Source of the DNA: a bacterium
GTDB taxonomy: Bacteria; Patescibacteriota; Minisyncoccia; Sungbacterales; SURF-37
Direction: 5' to 3'
NCBI GenBank assembly: GCA_030648055.1
Contig: JAUSHI010000007.1
Span: 49,621 to 113,620, forward strand
DNA length: 64,000 bases
The notes under the pieces are model-generated. The model was given only the letters and a program-made list of their open reading frames with translations. It was not told the DNA's origin and ran no database searches. Of this stretch, positions 1 through 9,089 are shown one piece after another; within the stretch, counting starts at the first letter, position 1; each line of letters opens with the position of its first letter. A program made the position numbers and the translations under genes.

Positions 1-29
1 GAACTTTCACATTCTAATAGGAGGAACAC

Positions 30-1526
30 ATGCGCAAAAGCAAGCGCTGGATTAAAAAAACGGTTGGAGCGTACCTCAAGAAAAAAGGGTTGCCGCCCGA
101 TATCGCGGTTACCTTCAAAAACGTCACAATTCCCGACCGCTATTCAAGGATTCCAACACGATACACACTCCAGGAAAAAATGCCTTCAAGCACCAGAACA
201 CGCGTCGCGCAAGATATATATCTGAACATTCCGATTACATCGGCAAATATGGATACGGTAACCGAATCACAAATGGCCATTGCCATGGCGCGCCTCGGCG
301 GACTCGGTTTTATCCATCAATTCCTGCCAATTGAAAAACGAGCAAAAGAGATTGAACTCGTGAAGCGCGCCGATTCAGGCGTCATTGAGCAGCCCCTGAT
401 GGCAAAACAAAACATAACGCTGGGTGGGGCAAAAACTCTTATGGCGAGTTACAAAATCTCAAGTTTGCTTGTGACTGATTCAACGGGCGAGCGCCTCATT
501 GGCATTCTGTCTCACCGCGACTATGCATTTGAAACTGATAACACCAAGCCTATTGGCAAGCTCATGACCAAAAAGAATCTAATCACAGCGCACCCCGAAA
601 CAACGACGGAACAGGCACGGCAAATTCTCAAGAAACACCGCATTGAAAAGTTGCCGCTTATTGACGCGGACGGAAAAATCGCCGGCCTCATCACATCAAA
701 AGATATTGAGAAGGCGGAACATTTCCTGAAAGCGGCGCGCGACGCCAAAGGCAGATTGATTGTCGGCGGAACCGTTGGTATCACCGGCAACTTTCTTGGT
801 GAAATCGAAAAACTTTTAATCGCGGAAGCGGACATTATCCTCGTTGATACCGCGCGGGGCAACTCAAAAAGAATGGTGGACACACTCCGTACAATCAGGA
901 GGCGATTCGGAAAAAAACTGCCTCTTGTTGCCGGAAACATAGACACGCCTGATGGCTGTATCCGTTTAATTGAAGCGGGCGCGGACTGTGTAAAGGTCGG
1001 CATCGGCGGAGGCTCCGCGTGCAAAACTCGGGAAGGCCCGGGTATCGGCATTCCGCAGCTTTCAGCAATCGCTGAATGTTTTGCGGTTTCCCGCCATTAC
1101 GATATTCCGATTATTGGCGACGGCGGTATTACAACCTCAAGCGATCTAAGTAAAGCTCTTGTTGCCGGCGCGGCCGCGGTTATGCTTGGAGGAATACTCG
1201 CCGGCACCCAGGAAACACCGGGTAGGTCATTCTATGAAGACGGCAAACGGTGGAAAATATTCAGAGGGTCAGCTTCAGTAGAATTCCAAATGTCGCGAAT
1301 TGATCGGGAAGACCATCAGGGCCTCATCAGGGCGCCGGAAGGGGTGCCGAAACGAGTAGAGCCTAAAGGTGAGGTCCAAGAAGTAATTGAGGAACTCATG
1401 GGGCATCTTTATTCCGCTATGAGTTATGTTGATGCCGAATCGCTTGATGAATTGCAAGAAAAGGCCTTTTTCAGACACCAAACATCTTCGGGGTACGAAG
1501 AGGGCAAACCGCATGATGTGTTCTAA
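30..1526 (+). CDS. guaB: IMP dehydrogenase family protein with CBS-pair insert
   Basis: 498-aa ORF with AGGAGG 5 nt upstream of the ATG. IMPDH-like catalytic loop GIGGGSACKTREGPGIGIPQ and IGDGGI motif. CBS-like segment lies between the barrel halves. Confidence 0.85.
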   Translation: MRKSKRWIKKTVGAYLKKKGLPPDIAVTFKNVTIPDRYSRIPTRYTLQEKMPSSTRTRVAQDIYLNIPITSANMDTVTESQMAIAMARLGGLGFIHQFLPIEKRAKEIELVKRADSGVIEQPLMAKQNITLGGAKTLMASYKISSLLVTDSTGERLIGILSHRDYAFETDNTKPIGKLMTKKNLITAHPETTTEQARQILKKHRIEKLPLIDADGKIAGLITSKDIEKAEHFLKAARDAKGRLIVGGTVGITGNFLGEIEKLLIAEADIILVDTARGNSKRMVDTLRTIRRRFGKKLPLVAGNIDTPDGCIRLIEAGADCVKVGIGGGSACKTREGPGIGIPQLSAIAECFAVSRHYDIPIIGDGGITTSSDLSKALVAGAAAVMLGGILAGTQETPGRSFYEDGKRWKIFRGSASVEFQMSRIDREDHQGLIRAPEGVPKRVEPKGEVQEVIEELMGHLYSAMSYVDAESLDELQEKAFFRHQTSSGYEEGKPHDVF

Positions 1527-1540
1527 AAATGAGCAACTAA

Positions 1541-1564
1541 ATCCCGCATTGTGCGGGATTTTTA
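1541..1564 (+). terminator. Rho-independent terminator after guaB
   Basis: ATCCCGCA/TGCGGGAT stem (1541-1548/1552-1559) followed by a T run. Confidence 0.7.
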
Positions 1565-1703
1565 TTTGTTTGTCTGAATTTTAAAGCGTACCGCAAACAA
1601 AATTTTTCACCACAAAAAAGCTTAAAACGGAACTTGACTTGATGTTTTTTACATGCGTAGATGTAAATAAGTGTGTACTTTGAAAACTAAAAAGGAGACC
1701 ATC

Positions 1704-4499
1704 ATGGCCATATCACGCAAAAAGATACTTGCCAACAATAAGGTGATGCGTAAGTACATTCAAGATGTCTTCCCGGCGGAGGGCGCCCGCGGAGTACAGA
1801 AAGCGCTTATCAAAAAAGGCGTCAACCGCTCCATTCAAACCATCCGTAATACCGCATCGGAAATGGGTATTACCTTGAAAAAGATAAAAGCATCACTGGT
1901 TACGGTTGCAAAACTGAACCTGGAAATTGACCCGGCCCAACTCATTGCAGAGGCCACAGCCATGCCGGAAAAAAAGATTTCAGAAACGCACCTTATTGAA
2001 GCGTCGGTTTTTCCGATGATTGTTGAAGAGACGACGCTTGAAAATCCTTTCGTGGTTGAAATCCCTTCCGGACAGATGCCTATTATCCGCTGTATTAACA
2101 CTCCCATGATAGGTGTTTGCGCAGACACGCATCCTTTCAGGAATCCGCTTTCAAACACTTTGCGCCTCTCCGAAGTATTGCGTGGGCACGCTGACACGGC
2201 CGGATTTCCAGTGGTTGTTGTTACCGGCAACTTTATTCACGTGGACACGCTAAAATATTCCAAGCTCCGGGCGCATCGTTCACTCGTTTCTCAAACCAGG
2301 CCGATTGTACTTTCCGATCTCACAATGGAAGAAGACCGCGAAGTTAACTTTGTAAGCGTTGAAGACCGCATTAAAGACCGCATTGCAATGATGAAGAAAG
2401 CGGCAACCGATGAAGAAGGGCGTCCCCTCTATAACGGCCCTATTTACTACCTTTACGGCAAACGCGAAGAAGAAATCGTCACCTTCTGGGTAGACGAGCA
2501 TGTCCGTAAGGTCACTGCTGAAAAGCAGGACGAGCTTCGCGCGAAACGCACGATACTCAGCAAAGCATTTCGTGTTGCTACCGCGCAGGTAAGCGACTTC
2601 CAAGAATACATTGAGATGTTGCGTCTTGAGGCACAGAATCCGAGTATCACGGAAGAACGGCGCCAAGCCGTCCCTGGTGAAATCAGAGGGCTGGAAAGCT
2701 CACTCGTGTCGGCACAGAATGCTCTTGTTAGCGCCAAAGCTGAACTGAAAAAGGTGCGCGACCAGCTTGAAATCACGCGCGCCACGAACGTTGACGATGC
2801 GGACCTCAAGCGCTGGTTCTTTGAAGGACAACTGCGGCTAAAGCAGATGGTTGAAGAATCAGTACCCAACGCGAAGGTCATCGCTACGGGGGACTGCTTC
2901 ATGAATCTTGGCGGAAAGATTATTCAGATAGTTCAGGACAACTCCGACCTGCCAACCGACAGCTTTCTGGATAAGCAGGCGCAGAAAATCCAGCGACAAC
3001 TCAAAAACGGAGGAAAACAACCTGACCTTATTCTTGTCGGCGGACTAAATCTTGCTCCGACGGATTTTTCGGTCAAATACCCGAAAGCCGAAGGCCTGCC
3101 GAGAGAAATCACCGAAGTTGCGGTAGTTCAGCTCCCGACATGCCTGGATAACGACTTCATCAGAAGAATTACCACAAGAGGAGTGAAGATCGGTTCAGAA
3201 ATCACCCGGCTCGTCAAAGACGAGGACTTCACTTCAGGTGTTGTTGACTACTGCTGGCCGTGCGAATTTCCGCAACTTCGTTTCTGGTCGTCTACGGATC
3301 TCGTCAACGAAGAAATCTTTTCTAAATCCGAAGAGATCGAGAAGATGATTCTCAGCCCGTATCAAGTTTACGGCGAGTATGAAAGCGACATGCAGGAAGG
3401 CGCGCATCATCAGGCCTATTACACCATTCCGGAATTCCCATTCAAGGTGCCGCTTTATGTGATCCATCATAAATTCTTCGTGGATACTGCCGCACCTATC
3501 CATTACTACGCCAACCTCGGCGACATTGTGCAGGGTGAAAACCATGACTACCATCTCGAGGTTCCCGGAGACTTCAAAATCACGCACCAGCTCGAAAAAG
3601 AGATCGACAAGATATTCCGCGATCAAACTCTCACTTGGGAGCAGAAAACGGAACGAATCGCGAAACTCTCAATGACAAACTCGATTCTCGGCGGCACGCC
3701 CCGAGTCGACGATCAGCTTAAGAACTACAAAGAGCGCGCGATCATTCCGGGTGCCAAATATTTCTGCATGGTGCTCACAAACGCCCAAAAGGCCAGACTT
3801 GAGTTTATCGAAAAAGCAAACATCATTTCTCTGCTCGGCGGAAACCACTTCGAAAATACTGGAGGTAAAAATCCTGGTGGAGTAGGAAAACACTTTAATG
3901 AAGCCGAGATCGTGCGAGAATATATCATCAAAGCACTCCGTGTTTGCCGTGAATTTTCAGAAGAAGACCTCGAGCGACTTGTCGTTGCACACAAAATCTC
4001 CGGCGTGTCGGGGGCCCTCGGCGCTTTCGGAATCCTTCCGGAAGGCATGAGTCGCGACGACATTCCGAAGCTTTCTAAAGCAGAACTGAAAAAACTTTTT
4101 CCGTATTGCTTTTCAGCAAAACATAAGCCCTCCGGCAAAGGCACTTCTACCAGAGGCCTGCCGGTAAAATCACTCCGCAAAGCCCGCTCCGAGCGCGGCC
4201 CGACGGATCCTCTTTACGAAGGGCGCTTTGCCCTTGAGGTCGCCGGCCACATTGACCGCGACACTTCTTTCATTTCTCGCGGCTCGCTTTACTCGGTGAG
4301 TCCGGCTCAGGAATTCCGAAGCCCATTTGCGGAAGGCCTTGACTTCGGTCTCGGCGACATCGGGACAAAAGTCATCGGCGTACCCAAAGACCGCAAAGGC
4401 CCTATCGTCATTACGCGCTTTACCTACGAAGTATTCTTCAAGTACCTGAAGAATCCCTGGCCAATCAACGTAAAACAGCTCTTTCCCAACGCTCTTTAA
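1704..4499 (+). CDS. Large hypothetical protein with a basic N-terminus, a long coiled-coil-like middle and metallophosphoesterase-like motifs
   Basis: ATG 1704 has AAGGAG 6 nt upstream (the track ORF starts at GTG 1671). Motifs CADTHP, LGDIVQGENH, GGNHFE and AGHIDRD appear in calcineurin-like order. A heptad-rich stretch spans about 2500-2850. Confidence 0.6.
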   Translation: MAISRKKILANNKVMRKYIQDVFPAEGARGVQKALIKKGVNRSIQTIRNTASEMGITLKKIKASLVTVAKLNLEIDPAQLIAEATAMPEKKISETHLIEASVFPMIVEETTLENPFVVEIPSGQMPIIRCINTPMIGVCADTHPFRNPLSNTLRLSEVLRGHADTAGFPVVVVTGNFIHVDTLKYSKLRAHRSLVSQTRPIVLSDLTMEEDREVNFVSVEDRIKDRIAMMKKAATDEEGRPLYNGPIYYLYGKREEEIVTFWVDEHVRKVTAEKQDELRAKRTILSKAFRVATAQVSDFQEYIEMLRLEAQNPSITEERRQAVPGEIRGLESSLVSAQNALVSAKAELKKVRDQLEITRATNVDDADLKRWFFEGQLRLKQMVEESVPNAKVIATGDCFMNLGGKIIQIVQDNSDLPTDSFLDKQAQKIQRQLKNGGKQPDLILVGGLNLAPTDFSVKYPKAEGLPREITEVAVVQLPTCLDNDFIRRITTRGVKIGSEITRLVKDEDFTSGVVDYCWPCEFPQLRFWSSTDLVNEEIFSKSEEIEKMILSPYQVYGEYESDMQEGAHHQAYYTIPEFPFKVPLYVIHHKFFVDTAAPIHYYANLGDIVQGENHDYHLEVPGDFKITHQLEKEIDKIFRDQTLTWEQKTERIAKLSMTNSILGGTPRVDDQLKNYKERAIIPGAKYFCMVLTNAQKARLEFIEKANIISLLGGNHFENTGGKNPGGVGKHFNEAEIVREYIIKALRVCREFSEEDLERLVVAHKISGVSGALGAFGILPEGMSRDDIPKLSKAELKKLFPYCFSAKHKPSGKGTSTRGLPVKSLRKARSERGPTDPLYEGRFALEVAGHIDRDTSFISRGSLYSVSPAQEFRSPFAEGLDFGLGDIGTKVIGVPKDRKGPIVITRFTYEVFFKYLKNPWPINVKQLFPNAL

Positions 4500-4521
4500 T
4501 CTAAAACATAATCCAATCATA

Positions 4522-4545
4522 AGACCCTTTCCGGGTCTTTTTTAT
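4522..4545 (+). terminator. Rho-independent terminator
   Basis: AGACCC/GGGTCT stem followed by TTTTTT. Confidence 0.65.
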
Positions 4546-4580
4546 TTGCTCCGCCCATCTTTTCCGATACGATACATATA

Positions 4581-6347
4581 ATGACCGATGCCTGGCAAAA
4601 ACTCGTTAACGGCATTATTTCTATGGGCTACCTAAAAACGCCCATTATCATTGATGCCTTCAAAACTGTAGACCGCGCGGATTTTGTGTTGCCAGAATAC
4701 AGAGCCATGGCATACGAAGACCGCGCCCTGCCGATTGGCGAGGGCCAGACGATTTCCCAGCCGCTCACCGTCGCTTTCATTCTTGAACTTTTACAACCAA
4801 AGAAAGGAGAAAAAATACTTGATGTCGGCCACGGCTCCGGATGGCAAACGGCGCTCATCGCTAAACTTGTCGGGGAGAAAGGAACAATAATCGCCGTTGA
4901 GCGGCTTCCCGCGCTTTGCAAGCTGGGAAAACAAAATCTTGAAAAATACAATCTTACTCAGAAAGGAATAGTAAAAACAATCTGCGGGGACGCAAGCGGG
5001 GGAATCCCAAATGAGGCGCCGTTTGATAAAATAGTTGCCGCCGCGTCCCTAAATGGGCGAGCCCTAGGGCGCCCGGCGCCCGGGCTAGCCCATCGGGCTT
5101 TAGCCGCCACAAAAGAACTTCCCAAAGAATGGAGAAATGAACTTAAGATCGGCGGAATAATTGTCGCGCCCATCGCCAATTCAATATGGCGCTTCACTAA
5201 AAAAAGCAAAAGCGAATGGCAGGAGGAAGAATTTCCGGGTTTTTCATTTGTTCCGCTAATCACGGAAGAAAAGAGGCTCGTGTTGCCAAAAAGGGGGAAC
5301 GCGCCCGATGAACCCGCGAAAATAAAAATCGCATTTTCTTTTTTAGTGCTGACCATGATTGCGGGCTACTTATTTTATGAACTTTTTGCTCCGCTTAAAC
5401 TTGAACAGCAAAAAACAGAAATTGAAATAAAAGAAGGCGCGGGCCTTCGTGAAATTGCCTCGGAACTAAAAAATAAAAAAACAATCCGCTCGCGCTGGCT
5501 TTTTATCGGCTGGGCTATTACCGGCGGAAACGCGCGTAATTTAAAAGCTGGAAATTATGTTTTTGAAAGTGCTGCCGATATTCCCGATACCATAAACCGG
5601 TTAGTTAGAGGCGAAGAATTGCCCAATGAACGAATTATAACCATACCGGAAGGATGGAATATAGACGATATCGGCATATATCTTGAATCGCAAAACATAA
5701 CTGCAAAAAAGGATTTATTTGTTGCTACGGGCGCGCCGCGCGTTTTAAATAAAGAAACGGAGCTCAAAAAACGTTTAAAGACGCGCTTTGCTTTTTTAAA
5801 CGAACTGCCTGCGGGACTAAGTTTTGAAGGATATCTTTTCCCGGACACCTACCGCGTTTTTAAAGATTCACCCGCGGAAGAAATAACGGAAAAAATGCTG
5901 GATAATTTTCAAAGAAAAATAACTCCAGAAATGCTTATTGAAATAAAAAAACAAAAAAAGGGTCTTTTTCAAATAATCACCGTGGCCTCGCTCATTGAAA
6001 AAGAAGTGGCCAAGGTCGAAGACCGCGCAATTGTGTCCGGAATATTGTGGGAGCGTCTGGAAATAGGAATGGGGCTTCAGGTAGACGCGACTATTTTATA
6101 TATCGCAAATAAAAAAGCCGGACACATATCGCCGGACAATTTTCTTATTGACTCACCGTATAACACCTACAAATATCGCGGCTTGCCCCCCGGCCCGATC
6201 GCAAACCCCGGACTTTCAACAATACGCGCGGCAATATATCCGAAATCTTCGCCGTATCTTTATTATCTTTCCGCGCCCGACGGCCGAACTATTTTTTCCA
6301 AAACGCTTGAAGAACACAACATCGCGAAGGCGAAATATTTAAAGTGA
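4581..6347 (+). CDS. Fusion of protein-L-isoaspartate O-methyltransferase (Pcm) with an MltG/YceG-like endolytic transglycosylase
   Basis: N-terminal part carries the SAM-MTase motif DVGHGSGWQTA and Pcm-like PFDKI..AAA. A TM segment FSFLVLTMIAGYLFY follows. C-terminal part has YceG-like LQVDATILY and SPYNTYKYRGLPPGPIANPG. Confidence 0.75.
   Translation: MTDAWQKLVNGIISMGYLKTPIIIDAFKTVDRADFVLPEYRAMAYEDRALPIGEGQTISQPLTVAFILELLQPKKGEKILDVGHGSGWQTALIAKLVGEKGTIIAVERLPALCKLGKQNLEKYNLTQKGIVKTICGDASGGIPNEAPFDKIVAAASLNGRALGRPAPGLAHRALAATKELPKEWRNELKIGGIIVAPIANSIWRFTKKSKSEWQEEEFPGFSFVPLITEEKRLVLPKRGNAPDEPAKIKIAFSFLVLTMIAGYLFYELFAPLKLEQQKTEIEIKEGAGLREIASELKNKKTIRSRWLFIGWAITGGNARNLKAGNYVFESAADIPDTINRLVRGEELPNERIITIPEGWNIDDIGIYLESQNITAKKDLFVATGAPRVLNKETELKKRLKTRFAFLNELPAGLSFEGYLFPDTYRVFKDSPAEEITEKMLDNFQRKITPEMLIEIKKQKKGLFQIITVASLIEKEVAKVEDRAIVSGILWERLEIGMGLQVDATILYIANKKAGHISPDNFLIDSPYNTYKYRGLPPGPIANPGLSTIRAAIYPKSSPYLYYLSAPDGRTIFSKTLEEHNIAKAKYLK
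5046..5110 (+). other. In-frame GC-rich quasi-palindromic insertion inside the Pcm domain
   Basis: The sequence tccctaaatgggcgagccctagggcgcccggcgcccgggctagcccatcgggctttagcc encodes SLNGRALGRPAPGLAHRALAAT. It sits between the conserved PFDKIVAAA and ELPKEW segments. It contains GGGCGCC/GGCGCCC and GGGC..GCCC self-complementary blocks. Confidence 0.5.
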
Positions 6348-6350
6348 AAT

Positions 6351-6499
6351 ACCCCAGCACCAATTTTGCGAAATAATGTGTTGGCGAAGCGCTTCGTTCA
6401 TTAAGGGATGTGCCTATTCGGCACCCGCGCTTCGCGCTGTTTACTGAAATTTCTATGCCTGGTATTTTGCTGTCTTAGAAAGCAAAATTGGTGCGGGGT
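6351..6499 (+). repeat. Hairpin element family B, copy B1
   Basis: Terminal inverted repeats ACCCCAGCACCAATTTTGC (6351-6369) and GCAAAATTGGTGCGGGGT (6482-6499). Core GGCGAAGCGCTTCG..GGGATGTGCCTATTCGGCACCCGCGCTTCGC is shared with 11371-11515. Starts 4 nt after the stop codon. Confidence 0.8.
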
Positions 6500-6541
6500 T
6501 CTATTGTTTGCCGCTCCGACTAAACGTCGGAGGCAAACAAT

Positions 6542-6565
6542 GAAAAATCCCCGAATGATTCGGGG
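6542..6565 (-). terminator. Rho-independent terminator for the PDZ gene
   Basis: CCCCGAA/TTCGGGG stem; on the minus strand it is followed by ATTTTT. Confidence 0.65.
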
Positions 6566-6584
6566 TGTACTGCGTGCGCGTCTT

Positions 6585-7307
6585 CTACTTCACCGCGAGC
6601 AGTTCATCAATCTCCGCATATTGCTTATCGGCCCACTGATAGTATGCATCAAGGATCTGTCCGACTGGCGTAATGCGCGAATCCACCCTACTGGTAAGCG
6701 GAGCGGCATTGGCGGCCTCAAGTACTTTCACCGCCGCCTCGGCGGCACTCACAAACTTGGCAATAAGGTTCGCGCCTTCTTTGCGTATGCGCGCCTGCAA
6801 AATCTCCGCCTCGGCGGTCTTGTCGGGCCGAAGCACTGCCGTGTTCGCAGTGATGTTTATCTTCGCATCCTTCCGTTGGAGCTCAAAGACCACCGCTCGC
6901 CCGGGCTTGCCGTCGCCACGAATCTCTTTCATAAACTCTTTGGATGTCGTAAACGGCTTGCCGTTGACAGAAAGCACCAGATCATTTTCCTCTATACCGG
7001 CCTTTTCCGCGGGCTTCCCCTTTATGGTGCTGTAGATTGCGGGAAGCGTCTTGCCGTTCAGTTCGAAGAGCTCAAACTTAACGCCAATGCCCACGATCTG
7101 GCCTGCGTTGTCAAGCCGCCTCACCATTCCATCGATCTCTTTCTGAATTTTCTGTGGCGTCTCCTTCATCCTTCTCACCATAACCGCCTTTTCATCCGCC
7201 TTCTCGGCTTGGGCATCCTTCTCGGCGGCGAAAATGGAAAAGTGAGATGCGGGCAGGATAATCAAAACCAGCATCGCGACAAGCGCCAGTACAAGCACTC
7301 TTTTCAT
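6585..7307 (-). CDS. Secreted PDZ-domain protein
   Basis: AGGAGG upstream of the ATG. Signal-like N-terminus MKRVLVLALVAMLVLIILPA. PDZ-like GKPAEKAGIEENDLVLSVNGKPF. Confidence 0.7.
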   Translation of the reverse strand: MKRVLVLALVAMLVLIILPASHFSIFAAEKDAQAEKADEKAVMVRRMKETPQKIQKEIDGMVRRLDNAGQIVGIGVKFELFELNGKTLPAIYSTIKGKPAEKAGIEENDLVLSVNGKPFTTSKEFMKEIRGDGKPGRAVVFELQRKDAKINITANTAVLRPDKTAEAEILQARIRKEGANLIAKFVSAAEAAVKVLEAANAAPLTSRVDSRITPVGQILDAYYQWADKQYAEIDELLAVK

Positions 7308-7472
7308 GCTTCCTCCTTTCTTTTTTCAAAAGAACAAACAAATGCAGGTGTAAACACCCGCTTTCACAAAATAACATGCGAACCTTACCCCTGTCAATAT
7401 TCGGGGGATTGCCTATTTGCGAGTTCTTGAGTACTATCCAAGTATTGAACTTTTACATACAAGGAGGCAGCA

Positions 7473-8084
7473 ATGGCCCGTACAGCTATGTCGCTTGACG
7501 ACTTCATAGCAAAAACAATCGAAGCCATTCTCAGTTTCTGTGGCGAACATTTCACACCTCTCGATTCCGAGGAACGCGCACAAAGCATCACAAGTATGCT
7601 AACAAGCCTCCGCGGGAAAAAAGTGCCGAAACGCTTCCTCGGATTCCTCGAAACAACCAAAAACCCGCAAGTCCTCATTGAAGATGCCTTTGCAAACATC
7701 AAAGGTAGCTCAATGATGTTCCAGTTCCACTCCGCCCCGAACAAACTCCAAAAAGAAGACATCCTCCAACATGCCGGCGCTGTGGTCGCCCAACAAATCG
7801 TTTTCGATATATTCGGTCCGATCATCGAAACCCCCGCAGGGCCAGTGCTCAAATTCACCGACGACCTTGTGCAGATCTATACGTTCCTCCAACAAAAAAT
7901 CGACCAGGCGGCGGTCGAAAATTCCGCAGAACAAGAATCGAACGGAAACGGTCTTTCGCCAATCACACTCCGCGAAGAGGAAAAGAAAGCTCTAATCCAA
8001 AAGCACACGGATACACTCTTCTCAATCCCTCTCTTCATACAAAAAATATCAAAAAAGGAAACGGAATGCGGCCAATATCTTTAA
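7473..8084 (+). CDS. Hypothetical protein
   Basis: 203-aa ORF with AAGGAGG upstream, followed by a terminator. No motif recognised. Confidence 0.55.
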   Translation: MARTAMSLDDFIAKTIEAILSFCGEHFTPLDSEERAQSITSMLTSLRGKKVPKRFLGFLETTKNPQVLIEDAFANIKGSSMMFQFHSAPNKLQKEDILQHAGAVVAQQIVFDIFGPIIETPAGPVLKFTDDLVQIYTFLQQKIDQAAVENSAEQESNGNGLSPITLREEEKKALIQKHTDTLFSIPLFIQKISKKETECGQYL

Positions 8085-8090
8085 TTCCCC

Positions 8091-8111
8091 CCGCGCAATG
8101 CGCGGTTTTTT
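8091..8111 (+). terminator. Rho-independent terminator
   Basis: CCGCGC/GCGCGG stem followed by TTTTTT. Confidence 0.7.
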
Positions 8112-8174
8112 ATTAATTAAAAATTCTAAACCGCGCATTGCAGAATCATAATGATTATGTTATGATTTAAATAC

Positions 8175-8441
8175 ATGCTTACTACCAAGAAAAAGACTAC
8201 AATAATCGAAAAATTTAGAGGTCACGCGACCGATACCGGCTCGGTTGATGTACAAATAGCGCTCTTAACCGAGGAAATCAAACGCCTCACCGACCACCTC
8301 AAAAAAAATAAAAAGGACAATCACTCAAGAAAGGGACTTTTGGGAATGGTGGCTAAAAGGAAAAAACTTTTGGATTACCTCAAGCGCGAAAACGCGCGCC
8401 GCTATAATACGGTTGCAAAAAAACTCGGCTTAAAAAAGTAA
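8175..8441 (+). CDS. rpsO: 30S ribosomal protein S15
   Basis: 88 aa. Contains TGSVDVQIALLTEEIKRLTDHLKKNKKDNHSRKGLL, typical of S15. Confidence 0.9.
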   Translation: MLTTKKKTTIIEKFRGHATDTGSVDVQIALLTEEIKRLTDHLKKNKKDNHSRKGLLGMVAKRKKLLDYLKRENARRYNTVAKKLGLKK

Positions 8442-8450
8442 AACCGGATA

Positions 8451-8966
8451 ATGCAGACAGCTCTGGCAAAACACAAAGAACAACGCGTCGCCGTATTCAT
8501 TGATGTGCAAAATATGTACCACTCGGCGCGCAATCTGTTTAACGCGCGGGTAAATTTCGGGGAAGTGGTAAAGGAGGCGGTGGCCGGAAGAAAACTCATC
8601 CGGGCGTTTGCTTATGTGGTGCGCACTAAAACTGGGGAAGAAAAAGCTTTTTTTGACGCGCTCGTCAAATCGGGAATAGAAACCAGAGTAAAAGACCTGC
8701 AGGAATTTTTTGGAGGCGCAAAAAAGGCCGATTGGGATGTGGGCATGGCGATGGACGCCGTACGCACCGCCGAAATTGCCGATAACATTGTTATAGTGTC
8801 CGGCGACGGAGATTTTGTGCCCTTAATTGAATACTTGAAAGGAAGAGGGCGCAGGGTTGAGGTAATCGCCTTTGACCGCACCGCTTCGCAAAAACTAAAA
8901 GAGGCGGCGGACGATTTTACCGACCTTGGCGCGAAACCGCAAAAATTCTTACTGCGAAATCAATAA
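8451..8966 (+). CDS. NYN/LabA-like (DUF88) nuclease-domain protein
   Basis: VAVFIDVQNMYHSA near the N-terminus and IVIVSGDGDFVPLIEYLKGRGRRVEVIAF later, matching the LabA/NYN pattern. Confidence 0.75.
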   Translation: MQTALAKHKEQRVAVFIDVQNMYHSARNLFNARVNFGEVVKEAVAGRKLIRAFAYVVRTKTGEEKAFFDALVKSGIETRVKDLQEFFGGAKKADWDVGMAMDAVRTAEIADNIVIVSGDGDFVPLIEYLKGRGRRVEVIAFDRTASQKLKEAADDFTDLGAKPQKFLLRNQ

Positions 8967-9021
8967 TTAAAAAACTAAATAATTAATTTAAGAAATCGTA
9001 ATCCGAAAAGGGAAGTGCACG

Positions 9022-9089
9022 CTAAAATTTCTTTTGTTCTTCAAACAGTCCTCCTTCGCTAAAGCTTCGGAGGATAAAAGAAATTTTAG
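9022..9089 (+). promoter_or_regulatory. Long stem-loop in the pnp 5' leader
   Basis: CTAAAATTTCTTTT (9022-9035) pairs perfectly with AAAAGAAATTTTAG (9076-9089). Inner stem is TCCTCC/GGAGGA. Ends 44 nt upstream of the pnp ATG. Confidence 0.6.

Noticed and set aside
1835-4520. A series of 74-151-aa minus-strand ORFs inside the 1704-4499 gene, with similar antisense ORFs inside guaB, pnp (for example 10444-11088, 214 aa), comM, virB4 and others.
   Set aside because: They are antisense shadows of longer, motif-bearing genes with relatively G+C-rich codons. They have no SD, no motifs and no independent terminators.
6408-7430. A 340-aa plus-strand ORF, the longest ORF in this region.
   Set aside because: It starts inside repeat element B1 and runs antisense to the PDZ-protein gene. 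The PDZ gene has an AGGAGG SD, a signal peptide, a recognisable domain and its own terminator. The plus-strand translation is low-complexity (R/L/G-rich) and typical of an antisense frame.
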